64,000 nt of DNA from Lama glama (taxonomy: Eukaryota). The translations under genes were made by a program, and so were the position numbers. Shown in pieces: positions 24,304 through 37,597 of this stretch. Location of the stretch: the NCBI GenBank assembly GCA_028534125.1, contig CM052816.1, positions 39,558,001-39,622,000 of the forward strand. Reading direction: 5' to 3'. How positions within the stretch are numbered: the first letter of the stretch is position 1; the number at the start of each line of letters is the position of its first letter. Under the pieces are notes generated by a model. That model worked only from the letters and a program-made list of their open reading frames with translations. It had not been told where the DNA came from and did not search any database.

Positions 24304-27300
24304 AATGGAAAACAATTTAAACTTAATAAGCCAAACATACATTTATTATTTTTCTAATAATGTAATTTCCCCCCAATTTAATAAAATAAACCTTCATAAA
24401 AGATACAAGCTAAAGTGACACTCCCTCAATAACAGGAAATATATGTTGGATGTCTCTGTCTTCCCAGAGCCCAGCATCCTGTCATGCACTTAGTATACAT
24501 TCAAAAATCACTTCTCAATTAATATGTTTACACATGGAAACATTTTAATCAAGAAATTACTGGATAGAGAACATTTAAAGATTTCTGGGGACAGTTTGCA
24601 GATTTTTGTCTTATCTTGGCATACATGGTAAGCTATGTGAGGGCAGAGACTATTTGTTCTTAAACCACTCATTAAATCTATAGAACTGGAATGGAAGTAA
24701 GTTGGAAAATTCATTGCCATTCAGTAACTAGAAAAGTTTCCTCCCATCTCAAACCAACATGCACATTCCTTCCTTGATGCCACATCTTTCCTATCACTAT
24801 CCTATCTAGTAGGCACGCACTGTCATTTCTTTTGGCTTTGTTTTCATTCTTGAATTCACTAGCTGTGTTTCCAGCACTAGACTGATAATTCTGTGATGTC
24901 AGTTTATGACTAACTCTGCAAAGCTGGAGTTCATGAACAGAGATATATTTTCTCTCCCTTCTAATTCCTTCTTTTTTCTCTAAACTTTTTCTCTTTTGCT
25001 CTGTTTTTGTCTTTAATCTTGTCTTAACAATTATTTCTACTTTTTTCCCCTTTTATTCTAGCTTTATCTTTTCTGACACATGTATACAGGAACATCCTTT
25101 TTAACACGTGTCAGGGAGTGCGACATAGTGTAGAGATCTATTTATTTGTTGTTATGTTGGGGATGGAAATCTGTCATATGTAAATGTGCTGGAGCAGAGC
25201 TCTACTGAGCACATTCATGTGAACCCTTTGATCAGATTATTACACAGTTTAACTATGAACTCCCTTGTGCAAATTATATGGTCTAAAAAGAATCTGAAGC
25301 AAGGATTTTATTATCTAAACTTAGTGAGAGCTAAGATTTGAGTGTTGCTCAAACTCTGCATCCTCACAGAGACCCTGTGTGCTGTCTGCAACAGCCTCCC
25401 CCTCCTTCACCCTCTGTGGCTTGTGCTGTCTTATTTTTCTTATCTCTGAGGGATGTTATATATTTTTGAGGATGTTATATACTTTTTTCAATGCAATTAT
25501 CCCTCCTAGAAGTTAAGTCTACAAGTAACGGATTTTATTTTATTTTGTTTTGTTTATTCCTTCAGTAAATAGTCATTGAGTCAACAAAAGAATGAATTTG
25601 CTTTTAATATAACAATACTTCTGAACTATTTATTAGAAACTACAGATAGTTTTTTCTTATTTCATTCATTACCTTCACGGGAGAATTGGGAAACTTGACA
25701 GTATCTTGTTATGCTAATTGCAAGGGCTTGAGAACATGTCATTATCCTTTCTTCGGTTGAGATGATGGAATTTAATATTTCTCTATCTGCTTTAGGGGTT
25801 TCACAAATTCAGCTCCAAAAAGAAATACAAAGGTAACTTGTCTTTGTGATGCTAACTCAGGGGAAGAGCACAATCTATGCATCTACCGATGGTCTCCTGG
25901 AACCCTCTAGTGGAGTTAAGTGCGGCTTATCTTCTCCAGGCTCCCTCCTGTCCAACAGGGACTCTCCAGCCTTCATGCTCTACATGCACTTACTGAATAA
26001 TTTATTTGGCGCTTCTCAGTATTTCTTTGTGACATCACTTTTGTCATAGTTGTAAAATGTTATTTAACTTCTATGCTATTGTTTTCCTCAATGACATTTT
26101 AAATTCCTTGAAGGCAGTGGCTCTTTCTTAGAGTCCATATATTAGGCACTTAATAAATGTGTTTATCTTATGTGCTACATCATGGTGTACAGCATTTACT
26201 ATCCAAATCATGAATTCAATCTCCATTATGATTTTGCCTTTAAATGTAGATTAAAGTGCATATCAGTTTTACTCAGATGCTATTTCTTTCAGTACAGTTA
26301 AGTAGTAAAAAAGAACTCATTAGCATTTTATTATACTTTCTTTATGACTGGAAGATTTTTTTCTTATTTAAGAGCTCTGTGACAAATGCTTTTCAAATTA
26401 CCAAACCTTCTTGGTAGATAATATGTTACCATTACCATTAAGAGAACCTGAGGGAAATATATACTACAATATAAGAGAACATAATAAGCACGAAATACAA
26501 AAGTTGTATGACCAAAGAGTATTTTTTTCCCTATATAGAGACAACAAATATTTCTACATAAGTAAATACATATTAGATGAAATTTCCTATTCAAATTTCT
26601 TCACCAACATAGGTAGGTATGTAAATACAGGTGTGTAAATAAAGAAATAGGTGTGTAAAAATAGAAATACATAAGCAGTATGTATACATATGCATTTGCA
26701 GATATATACATATATTTTTACATTATATTTGTAATATGTACACTAAAACTTCAGTAGCCTAGGTGTAGATCTGCCTATTGAAATAAACCAGAATGTGAGA
26801 AGCAATACTTCTTTTAATGTTGCTTAGCTTACAGAAACTCAGGAATTGGAATGATCAAGACTATTAAAACATTTGTCAGGAAAAAAAAACCCATAGTAAT
26901 GGTAGTGATAAGTCAGAGTAAACCTTATAGATTTGGATTATCTACACATAGTTTTGGTCTTGGGAATAAAACTAATTAGTTCAACACTATAACAATCTAA
27001 TGAAAGTATAAAAAAAAGAAGAGAGATTTTAATATCTTTGAAAACAAGACTTATCATACAAGTTTCTGTGAATGTCTTGGTTTCAAAATGACTTTAAGGA
27101 AATTAAATTTTTGTGTCTGTTAAAGGGAAATAAATTCTGTAACTAATCTTGATGCATACCATAGAATCAGAGTCACCCCTGCTGGGTACTCCTCCTCTCA
27201 GGGCTAGAATTGTCCAGAACATGAAATTTTGATCAATAAATGTTGTTGACTGTCTGATCACAAGAGGAGAACGACAAGAACATGAGTCTTTAAGGGGAAA

Positions 27301-29193
27301 TTTTCTTCACATAACTGCAAATGAATAGACAAGTACACCATGCTGCAGAACTAAAAAAACAAAGAATCTGGATCCTAAAGCACATTGGAAGGGAATATAC
27401 TGATGATTTCTTAGTTAATATTTATAATTTTTGCCAAATACTATGCTAATTGCCATTATAATCAGCAAATTTTATTTTAAGGGTTGTTTAGGAAGCTTTA
27501 AAGTTTGCTCAAGAAGAGAGTAATTTGATTTCGTAATTTTTCATTTGTCAGCCTTTTTATTTAATTCAAGCAGTTCACGTAACAACTAAATTTACTCACA
27601 ATATCCTTTTTTTTGCCCTGTGAAATATTTTGTAAATATAAACTATATTGAAACTGTATTTTAAGAAATAAAACACTAAAAATAAACTTACTCATAAATT
27701 TTCTTAGCCTTATGTTTCACTCCAGAGACCCAAATGCAATCCGAATTGGGCTAATAACTACGCCACAGGCAGATGTATGTCACTTTTATAAAGTATCTAT
27801 AAAAGTTCATCAGGATAGAATAATTTTCTTTTTAATTTCCCTACTTCAAATTTTAAAGGCTACTGCTTTATTACTTTATATGTCTAACCATTGAGTGCGA
27901 ATAATCAGTTTTGGGGGTTCCATCTACATCCCTGTGTTTTTCCAAGTCAGTCAATCAATCAATCAATCAATCTAGACAATGTGAGAATATTTCGGTATCC
28001 AGAAGGAACAAAATTTACACTAGTAAAAATTTGCAAGATACACATTTTCAGAAACTTTATGCATAATATCATAGGTCTGTGTAACCAGACAAGTAAGGCT
28101 TAGGCCAGTGCCCAAACTGGTTATCATCAGAAGTCTACCAAGCAGTTACCCAAGTGGCCACCTAGAGCCTCGTGCCTCCTACCAACCACTGAAGCCCAGA
28201 AAGAACACCTGAGAGCAGCAACACTGAACAAACACATCATCGCTACACAGCACACATGGGCAAGGATGCTGCACTCTCACTGAGCAAAGACCATGCTTCC
28301 CTCCATTGGGAAGCCAGGGAATGGTACTAACAAGGGCCGATTTCTATATAAAACGTTCCTTACATAATGAACAAGAATGCAGAGAAGATCACAACAGTAC
28401 TGCTTACATGCTACTACCTCCTACTCACTCTCACTTATTGACTCTTTGGCTGGCTTACCTCGGCTTTCAGTGATCATTTCAAACCTTCACTGCATACTAG
28501 TAGTCTGATTCTTTTGCTCTATCATTTCTGAGGCTTGCTGTCTTTAACTTATGTGTTATGCCTGCTAGTGTGTCAATACTCATTAGCTCAGCATTTCTCT
28601 TTTCATTTCACTCTGTTGCTTTGGCATTTTATCTTTTTGCTCATATTTTATTATGGTTAGGTGCATATTAAATGCTTTGCTCGTGAGAGGTACTCAGGGG
28701 ATATTCTTCTGCTGTTTGGGTTGTCTTCTTCTAACCCAAGGGTCTCGTCCTTCTTTTCTTGTTCCTTCCATCCCTCATGTGCTCCCTCCCTCCCTCCCTC
28801 CCTTCTACTGATACACTGACTAGGCAGATATTACACCATTTCTCCTCATCTTTCTCATACCTGGGGAATTTCAATCCAGGCAGATCTTTCATTTCATATT
28901 TTAGGTGAACACTTCTTGACTCCCTTGCTACCTCCTTCATTCCTTCAATGAATATTTATCAAATGCTGGCTCTGTTCCAGTCAGCATTCTAGGTGCAGAT
29001 GATGTGGGATAGACTCCGTTATCAGAGAAGCAGTCTTTCATTATGTGTCATTTCAGCAGGAACCAGAAAGACAAGAATGATTTGGCCATGTGATGATCTC
29101 AGCTATAAAAGCTAAGGGCTTAGTGTTAGGTCAAGGGAGCAACTGAAATGTTTCAGGAAAAGAGAGAGAAAACAAAAAAGAAAGAAATGAAGT

Positions 29194-29224
<31 letters not shown>
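29194..29224 (+). repeat. (CAGG)n tetranucleotide microsatellite
   Basis: Direct read, about 7.5 units. Confidence 0.95.
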
Positions 29225-29295
29225 AACTGGGCCTCAGTGAATTAAAGAGGCTGAGAAGCAGGTCAATTGCAGACCATGTATTTCTTAAGTACCAG

Positions 29296-29691
29296 TGTAT
29301 GAGTCTGCCATGGCCAACATCACGAAATACCTCAGACTGGGTGGCTTAAACAACATAAATTCATCTTTCTCATAGTTCTGGAGGCTATAATTCTAAGATC
29401 AAGGTGTTGGTAGTTTTGGGTTTTTTTGAGGCCTCTCTCCTTGGCTTGCTGACGGCCATCTTCTCACTGTGTCCTCACGTGGCCTTTTCTCTATGCTCGC
29501 ACATCCTTGGTGACTTTTCTTACAAGGATACCACTCATACTGTACTAGGGACCCACCCTTATGACCTCATTTAACCTTAAGTACTTCCTTAAAGGCCCTA
29601 TCTCCACTCTAAAGTACAGTCACGTTCTAAAATACTGGGGGTTAGAGCTTCAACACACAAACTTGGGGAGAATGCAACTCAGTTCATAACA
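29296..29691 (-). mobile_element. MaLR LTR (MLT1A-C-like)
   Basis: 'agactgggtggcttaaacaaca...tctcatagttctggaggcta...aagatcaaggtg...atgacctcatttaacctt...ataaca'. Confidence 0.88.
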
Positions 29692-32600
29692 ACTAGGATT
29701 AAGGAGATGGACTTAATTCTCAATGTCATGGGGGGCCATGGTAGGATTTCACATGGGGTGAATGGGGTGAGTGATTTCTTATACGTGGTTTGTTCATCTT
29801 CCACTCTGAGTTGGAGTTTGCTGGTGTTACTTTATGTCCACCTTTCTGATATGAGAGGTTTGGGCACAGGACAGGGAATGTGCAAGCCTTTGTTGGAGGA
29901 ACCGAAGTTCCAAACTCTCTATTGAGCTAGTGTTAAATAGAATCTACCGGTGTTCTCTCCAGCAAGCCTGAAATACGCTGTAGTGCCATAATATGGGAAT
30001 TTTGCAATTCGGCTCAGAAGCCTGAAGCTCTCAATATTCAGTCTACCTCATGAGCTGTCTCTCCCTAAGTGCTCATGCCTCTTCCTTGTTCAGCAGAGGG
30101 AGGATTTCTGTGGAGTGGTGGGTGCAGGACAAGTGACTTCCGATACTCAGTGTACTTCTTCACCCCCCTCCCCTGGCACTCTGCTCCCTTAGAGAGTTTG
30201 GTGGCTTCTGTGCTCCCTATTTATTGCTTAAAATAATTATCTAGACAGAGCTATGATGATGAACTTCCTCCTTTTCTTTCAGTCTGAAGAGACAGTATGG
30301 ACGGGGGGGGGGGGGGTTCTCCTGGGAGTTTCTCCTGCTTCAGCTGAATCCCATTGTGATGGTTTCCTTGCTAACTTTCTCCTGATGGGGTCTCCATCCC
30401 CCAGGATGCCACGCACTACATTTGTGCATGCTAGTGAACATTCTCAGCATCTTCTAACCTGGGGGCAGACTGAATCAGTGTACAATACACCAAAATTTTC
30501 ACCTGGCTTCTTCTGGACTACCACTTCTCAAATTTTATGGCAAAATTCTTTAAATCTATCTTTTCTTGGTGGATTGCTTTTGGTGAAAAGAAACTGCTCA
30601 TGCATTTATTTATTATTAATTATTATTTTGTTTGGACGTAAAGTCAATGATCTGGGAAAAATCTGCCCTGAAGCTTCTCTAAGGATATTTTATTCAAATA
30701 TTCTGCACATTCTTGTGGTTGCTTCACATTTGGTTTTGTCTTTAGTGGTTCAGTTACATGGCAGCCCCTTCCTCTCTTTAATTTTAAACTGACTTCACTC
30801 ATTATTTTTTAATTAAACAATGTTTCTGCCACTGGATTTGTGTTTTTTAATCAAGAAAACAAAGCAGAGCAATTAGCTGCTTGAAATTATGAACAAACGA
30901 AACGGTTCTCAGCAGATATTGATTCTGTCCTGACTCCTGCACATTCTAAATGAAGAAGGGAACTCATAAAAGGCTCTGCTGTGAACAGAACGGGCAGAGA
31001 TAACACAGGCTCAGACACACTAAAGTTAATTACCTACAGTAAGTGATTTGAAGCAAGGCCAATAAGAGATTGGGGAGTAAGCATATTAAAGCCACTATAA
31101 TAGAAGACATGAAATGAGACAAAAGAAATGAGGGATGGAAATGTAATGCATGGAAGGAAATTCATATGGGAGATTAAGAAAATTACATTGCTATTGTCTT
31201 TTATTCTAGTTGAAGTGAATGACCTTCACTGGCAATGATTTTGAATCCAGTATTTGTAAGAGAAACAGACTCATCAGTGGTTGATGGTGTACATGTTAAC
31301 TCCTTTTTGTCCTCCCAGCCCTGCCTTCTTTCCTTATCCCTTGCCCTCAGTGTGTAGATAATTAGATACATGGCAGAAAATTATAGGCATGTGACAACTC
31401 AAAGAACATGGATGCTGTGGGCTCTGCTTATCGAGCTGAAGGCAGGACTTTTCCAATGTCATCCTCTTCATCAGTTACAAAACTGCTGGGTTTGTACATT
31501 AATATTCTTCAGCTGATGAAAGGACGTTGCTGTCAGACACATTTTTCCATCTTTCATTGAACTGCTGGTCCCAGAAGGTCTGGCCATCAGTTGACTGGAT
31601 GTCTCTATTTTGGTGGAAAGTCATTTTTTAGTAACTCATTATCATATACTAATAAATGTGAATAATATGCCTTATTATTGCCGTGACAAGTTTGCAATGC
31701 ACCACATGGGTAACTGGAGAAATGGAACATAAGTCAGGCAACTTTCCGGACCTGGGTACTTCCTCCCTGGGTAAGAAGACTGTGCTAGAATCCACAAAAT
31801 TTTAATGAATATGTACTTTAATAAAGGGGCGTGGAGGAAGGGGTAAACTCTTATAACCTTGCCTTTATTGCTAAAGGTAAGAAGACAAGTGGGGAGACTA
31901 GGAAATTAGACTAGTCAGATAACACAGAACCTTTGCTTAACACAGACTGAATCCTTGTTGCATAGTTTTTGAGCTGTCGTCCCTTGACCTGATTCAGTCA
32001 TTTTAGCAAAATTCTACACCTTAAAGATGTATGTGCACTGGCATATTTCATATTTTAAGGACTATTAGAGGAGTTCAGAAATGTTTTCTGATCTTCTCAG
32101 GTTAAAACAGCAAAAGTGCATCATTGGATACAGTTTGCTTTAGAAGACCAAAAATCTGTTCTCGCTGATTAACCAGAAAAGGATTTATCACAGAGCACGG
32201 AGCGAATTAAAGAGTGATTAGGCTCGCTGATAAAACAGACTTTAGGCTAAGCATCCAGAAACTGTTTCTCAGGTCACACCCCAGACCTGGGCAGTCAAGG
32301 TTGCTGCTGCTCCCGTTACAGTCAGACTGCTGCGGGGGGAGGAGGTATCTGATGCTCAGCTGTTTGCTCCCATGCCAGGAACAGGGCACTTCATGCCCTG
32401 CTTCTCTTCCCACTGAGCTCATGTCTGAATCTAAGTTTTCTAGGAACACAACTGGCCGGTGAAACTCAATCATTTTCAGAACTGCCACTTTCCGGAAGGC
32501 TGGGAAATGTCGTGTGTGACTGTCAGTCTGGGCAGTACAGGGGACACACTCAAGAATCTAGAATATCTACTGAATGTGGTAATCCAGTATCTGCAATTTT

Positions 32601-34439
32601 ATACTATGGGTGTTTCATAAAGTTCCTTGAATTTCTTGGTGCTCTACAGGTCTCAAAGTGCCTATGGAGTCATTAAAGCATTTGAGCATTACCACAAAAT
32701 TGTAAGGGCTATGGTCAGGTGTCAGAGTCTCAACTTTTCCTCATACTTAGCAATACTCTGTAGAAAAGTACTTCTAAGGCATCTGTGTAACTTTAATTCA
32801 TACATTGCACTGACTGCATACTATTACGTGATGTACATGTACCCCAAGTTATTTAATGGTCCCCCATTAATGAAAGGGATAGTCACTGAGTTTCCTATTT
32901 TACTCTGCTACAAACATTACAACAAACATCCTAGAAGACATACTATATGCTGTTACTTTTTCCTTTTGTCCTGTCAAAGGGTAACAGCAAGCCATCTCAA
33001 TACCATTTCACCTTCTTCCTTGGCAATACATCCCTTAAATTTCAGGTGAGCGTGTGTGTTTCTTGTAGCTAATAGTGGCTATGCAACCAAGTAATATAAG
33101 CACAGTTTCTAGAAAACATCCTTAAATGCAAGCAATGAGGCCTGTAATGCCCTTCTTTCATACAGAAATTGAAGTGCAAACATGACGGCTAGAACTCAGG
33201 TATTCTTTGAGAGTCATGAGATATAAGATATGGGCTAAAGATGGTGGCTTGGGACAAGATCCTGATGGCCACATAGTGTCCTAACCAAACTGTGTATCTC
33301 AAGGCTTATTTTATGTGAGACAGAAACTTCTATCATGTTCCTCCACTGTCATATTAGGTTTTCTGTTAATAGCAGCCACTTTAACAGACATAATTGTGTT
33401 TCCAAAGAGTTGTAAACTTTACATTTCCATCTACAATGAATGAAAACATACTTGCCCTTACATTTTTGCTTTTTAATTCTTGCCAATTAACAGGTAAAAT
33501 ATCTGTGTTAATTTAGTTTGAATTCCCTAAATACTGTATTTCAGGATGTTTCCATTTGGCCATTTGGATCTGCTTTGCTCTGAATTATCAGGCCATACTG
33601 AGTTGTTTGTCCTTCTTGAAATGTGAGAGCTTTTCATAGGCTGTGGATAACCTTGTATCTCTTAGATATTGTATTGCTTCAAAAACATAAACAATAATTG
33701 TAATTCCAGGCATATTTCTAAAAAGTTCTTTTCACTGAAATCTTTTTTAGTATTTCTTAACCAAGTGTAGTTTAGGGGGTACATAACCTTTATTCTATTA
33801 AAATAAGGTACTTCTGTGGATATTTTGAAGGTTTTTAAAAATAATAAATGGCAAGTAATGTGAACTATAATTTAAAAAATAAAAGCAAGATCAAATGTTC
33901 TTAGTCATGGAAAATTTCTGAAGTTTATGTCCACACATCCATCAGGGAGATAGGAGAACATGACGGTGGAGAAACCAAGGTAAACACAGAATGCAAGACA
34001 TAGACAGAGCCAATAAGAAACAGTGCGTTACCAAGTCCCCGTTCTAACTCCCAGAGCAAAGCAACTTCCCTTCCAGTGGCAATGCTTGGCTGCGTATCTT
34101 GGTGAAGGGAAGCAAAAGTTCTAGGATGTGATGATGACAACTGTCACGCCTCGTGGAGTTGTTTTATAATTTGTAAGAACATGAGACTCAGGTGTTGTTT
34201 TTAATAATAATCTTGAAAATTTCCATGGTTTTATTCTTAACTCAAGCATTCTTCAAAATAAACATTATGCTGTATATGATTTTCTTCCAAATGCTGATCT
34301 CCTGACCAAGACTCAGTTCTAGAGGATCAATATTCACATACAGTGTCTAACACTTTGTTAGCAGATTCAAGGCCAGTCTTACACTAGGCACCTTGTGAGA
34401 TATAACTGTACCTACAACAGGTATAAAATTCCTCATTTT

Positions 34440-34625
34440 TTTATTTCATGTTCCTTGGTGTCCCATTTAACTCTGAATCCTAGGAAGTCAACTTCTCTGT
34501 ATCTCTATTTTCTCATCTATAGTCCCTATCTTACATGTTGGGAAGACTAGATACATTAATACATGTGCAGGCACTTAATTCAGTTTCTGACACATAACAG
34601 ATTCTCAATAAACGTAAGCTTCATT
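34440..34625 (+). mobile_element. MIR SINE relic
   Basis: 'acttctctgtatctctattttctcatctata...gcacttaattcagtttctgacacataacagattctcaataaac'. Confidence 0.65.
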
Positions 34626-34695
34626 GATTCCTTATGTGATGCTCTTGGGAAGATGATTTGAATTCATGTAACGGTATATGTGCCATATTCCCTAA

Positions 34696-34915
34696 AGTAG
34701 TGGTTTTCAACCCACCACCACCACTCTTCACCCTCCTGCGCCCGCCAGGGGCCTTTGGCAATCTCTGGAGGCATTTTGGTTATCACAACTGGGAGAAGTG
34801 GATGCATCCTAGCATCTAAAAGGTAAAGCCAGAATGCTGCTAAGTATTATGCAGTGCACAGCCCAGCCCCCCACAACAGAATGAGCCAGCTCAACACATC
34901 AGTAGTGCCCTGCTC
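34696..34915. mobile_element. MER20-like hAT-Charlie element
   Basis: 'agtggttttcaacc...caggggcctttggcaatctctggaggcattttggttatcacaactggg...gctgctaa...gtgcacag..cagccccccacaaca'. Confidence 0.8.
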
Positions 34916-37137
34916 TAAAGGAAGTGGCCATCTCAAACATTCCCGACTAGATGCACAACAAAACTGAAAGCATGACCCAATAAACTTGTTACATCCTACC
35001 ATCCCCTACTTGATGATGCTTTGAGGGAGATACATTAGGTACTTCCTGCCTAGGCCACTGGGAGCCTTTCCACCAGGGAGCTGGGAAGTTTTACTGCCTC
35101 GACCCTCAGCAATACGAGCATCGGCTGCAGAATATGGAGGCCCAGCTTGGTCCGGGGCAGTCATCGGTTTAACGCAGCCTGGCTCAAGCTGCATGGGAGT
35201 CCTGTCTCTTTACCACATGCTTTTCACCACCAAGCTGTGGCAGTATCTGTACTGCAGAGGGCAGAATTAGTCACAGAGCAGACATTAGCCACAAAAAAGA
35301 CAGCAGGCCCACAATAAATATGCCGCAGAAGAAAATGAGTGGCTGTTGATGTTCTAGGCCAGAAACTAGGTGGATAGGGTCCCTATTCACTTGATTTGTG
35401 TGACAAGGCATGTAATATTTATGATATATTTAAGGCAGAAATTTCCACTTTTTTTTTAAATAAAGCAGGCTGTACAATGAAGAAAACGTATTTTTATGAG
35501 AGCAGTTTGGCAGCACCTTGGCCTTTCTTTTATTTTTCTATCAGGCTTTTTGCAAGTTTCTCTTTGATGCTTCCATAAATCAATAGTTGACTTATGAAAT
35601 GCAGATTCTGCATACTCTAAAATCCAGAAACCTTCTATAAGGTAATTGTAATTGATTAATATAAGCCTAACTTCAATATTCTCAAAATATGCATATTTAA
35701 ATGACAATTTAAAATGTAAATATCTATAAGCCTGCATATATCAAAGAAATTATAAGCCTGTGTATAGAAATAGCAATTCCCTTGCATACTCTATGTGTAT
35801 TGATGCACTGTATCCCTACATAAATCCATTCAAGTGTTACCAAAGAGCTGTGCAAACACAAAATTAAAGTATTATTGTGAAAACCTCAATGTCTGCCTGT
35901 ACCAAAACTGCTTTTTATTTATGCTAAAAAATACGGATTTGATAAAACTATAATGCTTTTTTTAATCATGCAACTTATTATATCATTCATATTTTCTTCT
36001 CAAGTTATCCAAAGTTTAAAAATTAAAATTAAGCAAAACCAAGCAACTTACTTGGTAGCAATGTGGCAGACTCCTTCAAATCTCTTTTAACCAGTGCTCA
36101 TAAGAACTATAATAACAAAGTGTATAAAAAATTCCAATTAAGACTTGTTTTCCAAAGACAGATTCAACCTAACTACCGAATATACCAATCACGCAAACTA
36201 GTATTAACCTATTGGCTCAGGGCTTAAAAGAAGTTGGGCTTTATAGGTCCGACACCATAGAAAAATGAGGGAATTTACCTCACCATTTTGGTCGCAATCA
36301 ACTACTATCCTATTATAATATTTTAAAAAACAAACAAACAATAATAATTCTTAATAACTCCTAAAGGTTGTGGTCAATAATTGAGAGTACATGATGCTAG
36401 AGAAGTAAGTTTGCTCATTTACCTGGCATTTTCGTATACAGGCCTCCCAGCCAGACTCACTAGCAGATATTTAGCTCTCAGCCACTGCTAAGTGAAGCTG
36501 TCCTGCAAACCTTGAGGTTTTATTAATCGTAAACTCTATGGAGAATAATGACAGGTCTCATCAGAGTTGGAAATAGTTATACAAATGTGTGTCCTGGTAT
36601 CTAATTCTAGAGTCCTTTCCTGCACCCTTTCACCAGACCTGTTCCTTGGCTTCCCTCACTACTAGTAAACAGGGAGAGAAAGAAGAGGGAGTAAAGCGTC
36701 CCACTCTGTGTTCCTGCCAGGCAGAGGGAGACGGTGGTCTTTTGGTTCCCCTCGCTCTGGACTTACACCCATTTCTTCTCTCACAGAGCACCTGCAGTCT
36801 CCGCACTGTTTTTTTACCTCTACCCTCCCGCCCCACTAACACGCCAGCCTCAGTATCTTTAGACCTCCTCTATAATCAATGTAAAATTTTATAAAGCTTT
36901 TGTAAGGCTTAGCTTCAAGTAGGTTTTCGGTTTGCTTGTCTTTTTTTTTTTTTTTAACCTTTCAGAGAGGAAAATGCTAAGGATGTGACTAGCCCCTTGA
37001 AATGCGAAGTGAGGAGAGGAGGGATGGACGGTAGAAAATGGTTCTATAGAAAACAAATGGATCTGCTTGTATTTTCTTTTCTTTAAACAAAGGTACTTGG
37101 AAATCCGAATACTGGAAGGACAAAGAAAGCATTTATT

Positions 37138-37597
37138 TGTCAACTAAAAATTGTCACTTGCCATGTGCCTCTACAAGGATTAGGTCACTAGCCACTACAG
37201 CTGACGACCTTCCACAGAGAGGAGCTCAGGGTGGAGATGAAGGGTGCTCTGTGCTCTGGGAAAAACTGACAGAACAGACCTTCAGACAGCTAGTTATTGT
37301 CAGGAGAAGAATTTATGAGCCCAAATTCTTACATCTTCTCATATCTAGAAAAGCACTACAATCATTAATAGAGATAACCTGCTCCTCGTGATTAGCAGCA
37401 ACCTTCTGCCAAAATGTGTGCCTGACTGCACATATCCCTTCACCAAAATCACATATATACTGACTAACCTAGCCCCCACCTCTTGAGAGTAGTTCCTCAG
37501 AGCTCTCTAAGACACTGTCTCCTGGACTATTGTCCTCATTTTGCCCCAAATAGAGCCTAACTCACAACTCTCATGTGGTACTTTTTTTTGGTCAGTA
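37138..37597 (+). mobile_element. ERV1-type solo LTR
   Basis: TGTCAAC start; shares blocks with the 23746 LTR ('tagaaaagcacta', 'cccccacctctt...ctcagagc', 'taactc.caact'); near-TSD tatt/tact. Confidence 0.78.

Noticed and set aside
30253..30792. 179-aa ORF
   Set aside because: Runs through a G14 homopolymer and T-rich sequence; no family similarity or exon-like boundaries
35006..35194. 62-aa ORF in a mildly CpG-enriched patch
   Set aside because: No recognisable product or supporting promoter/splice context
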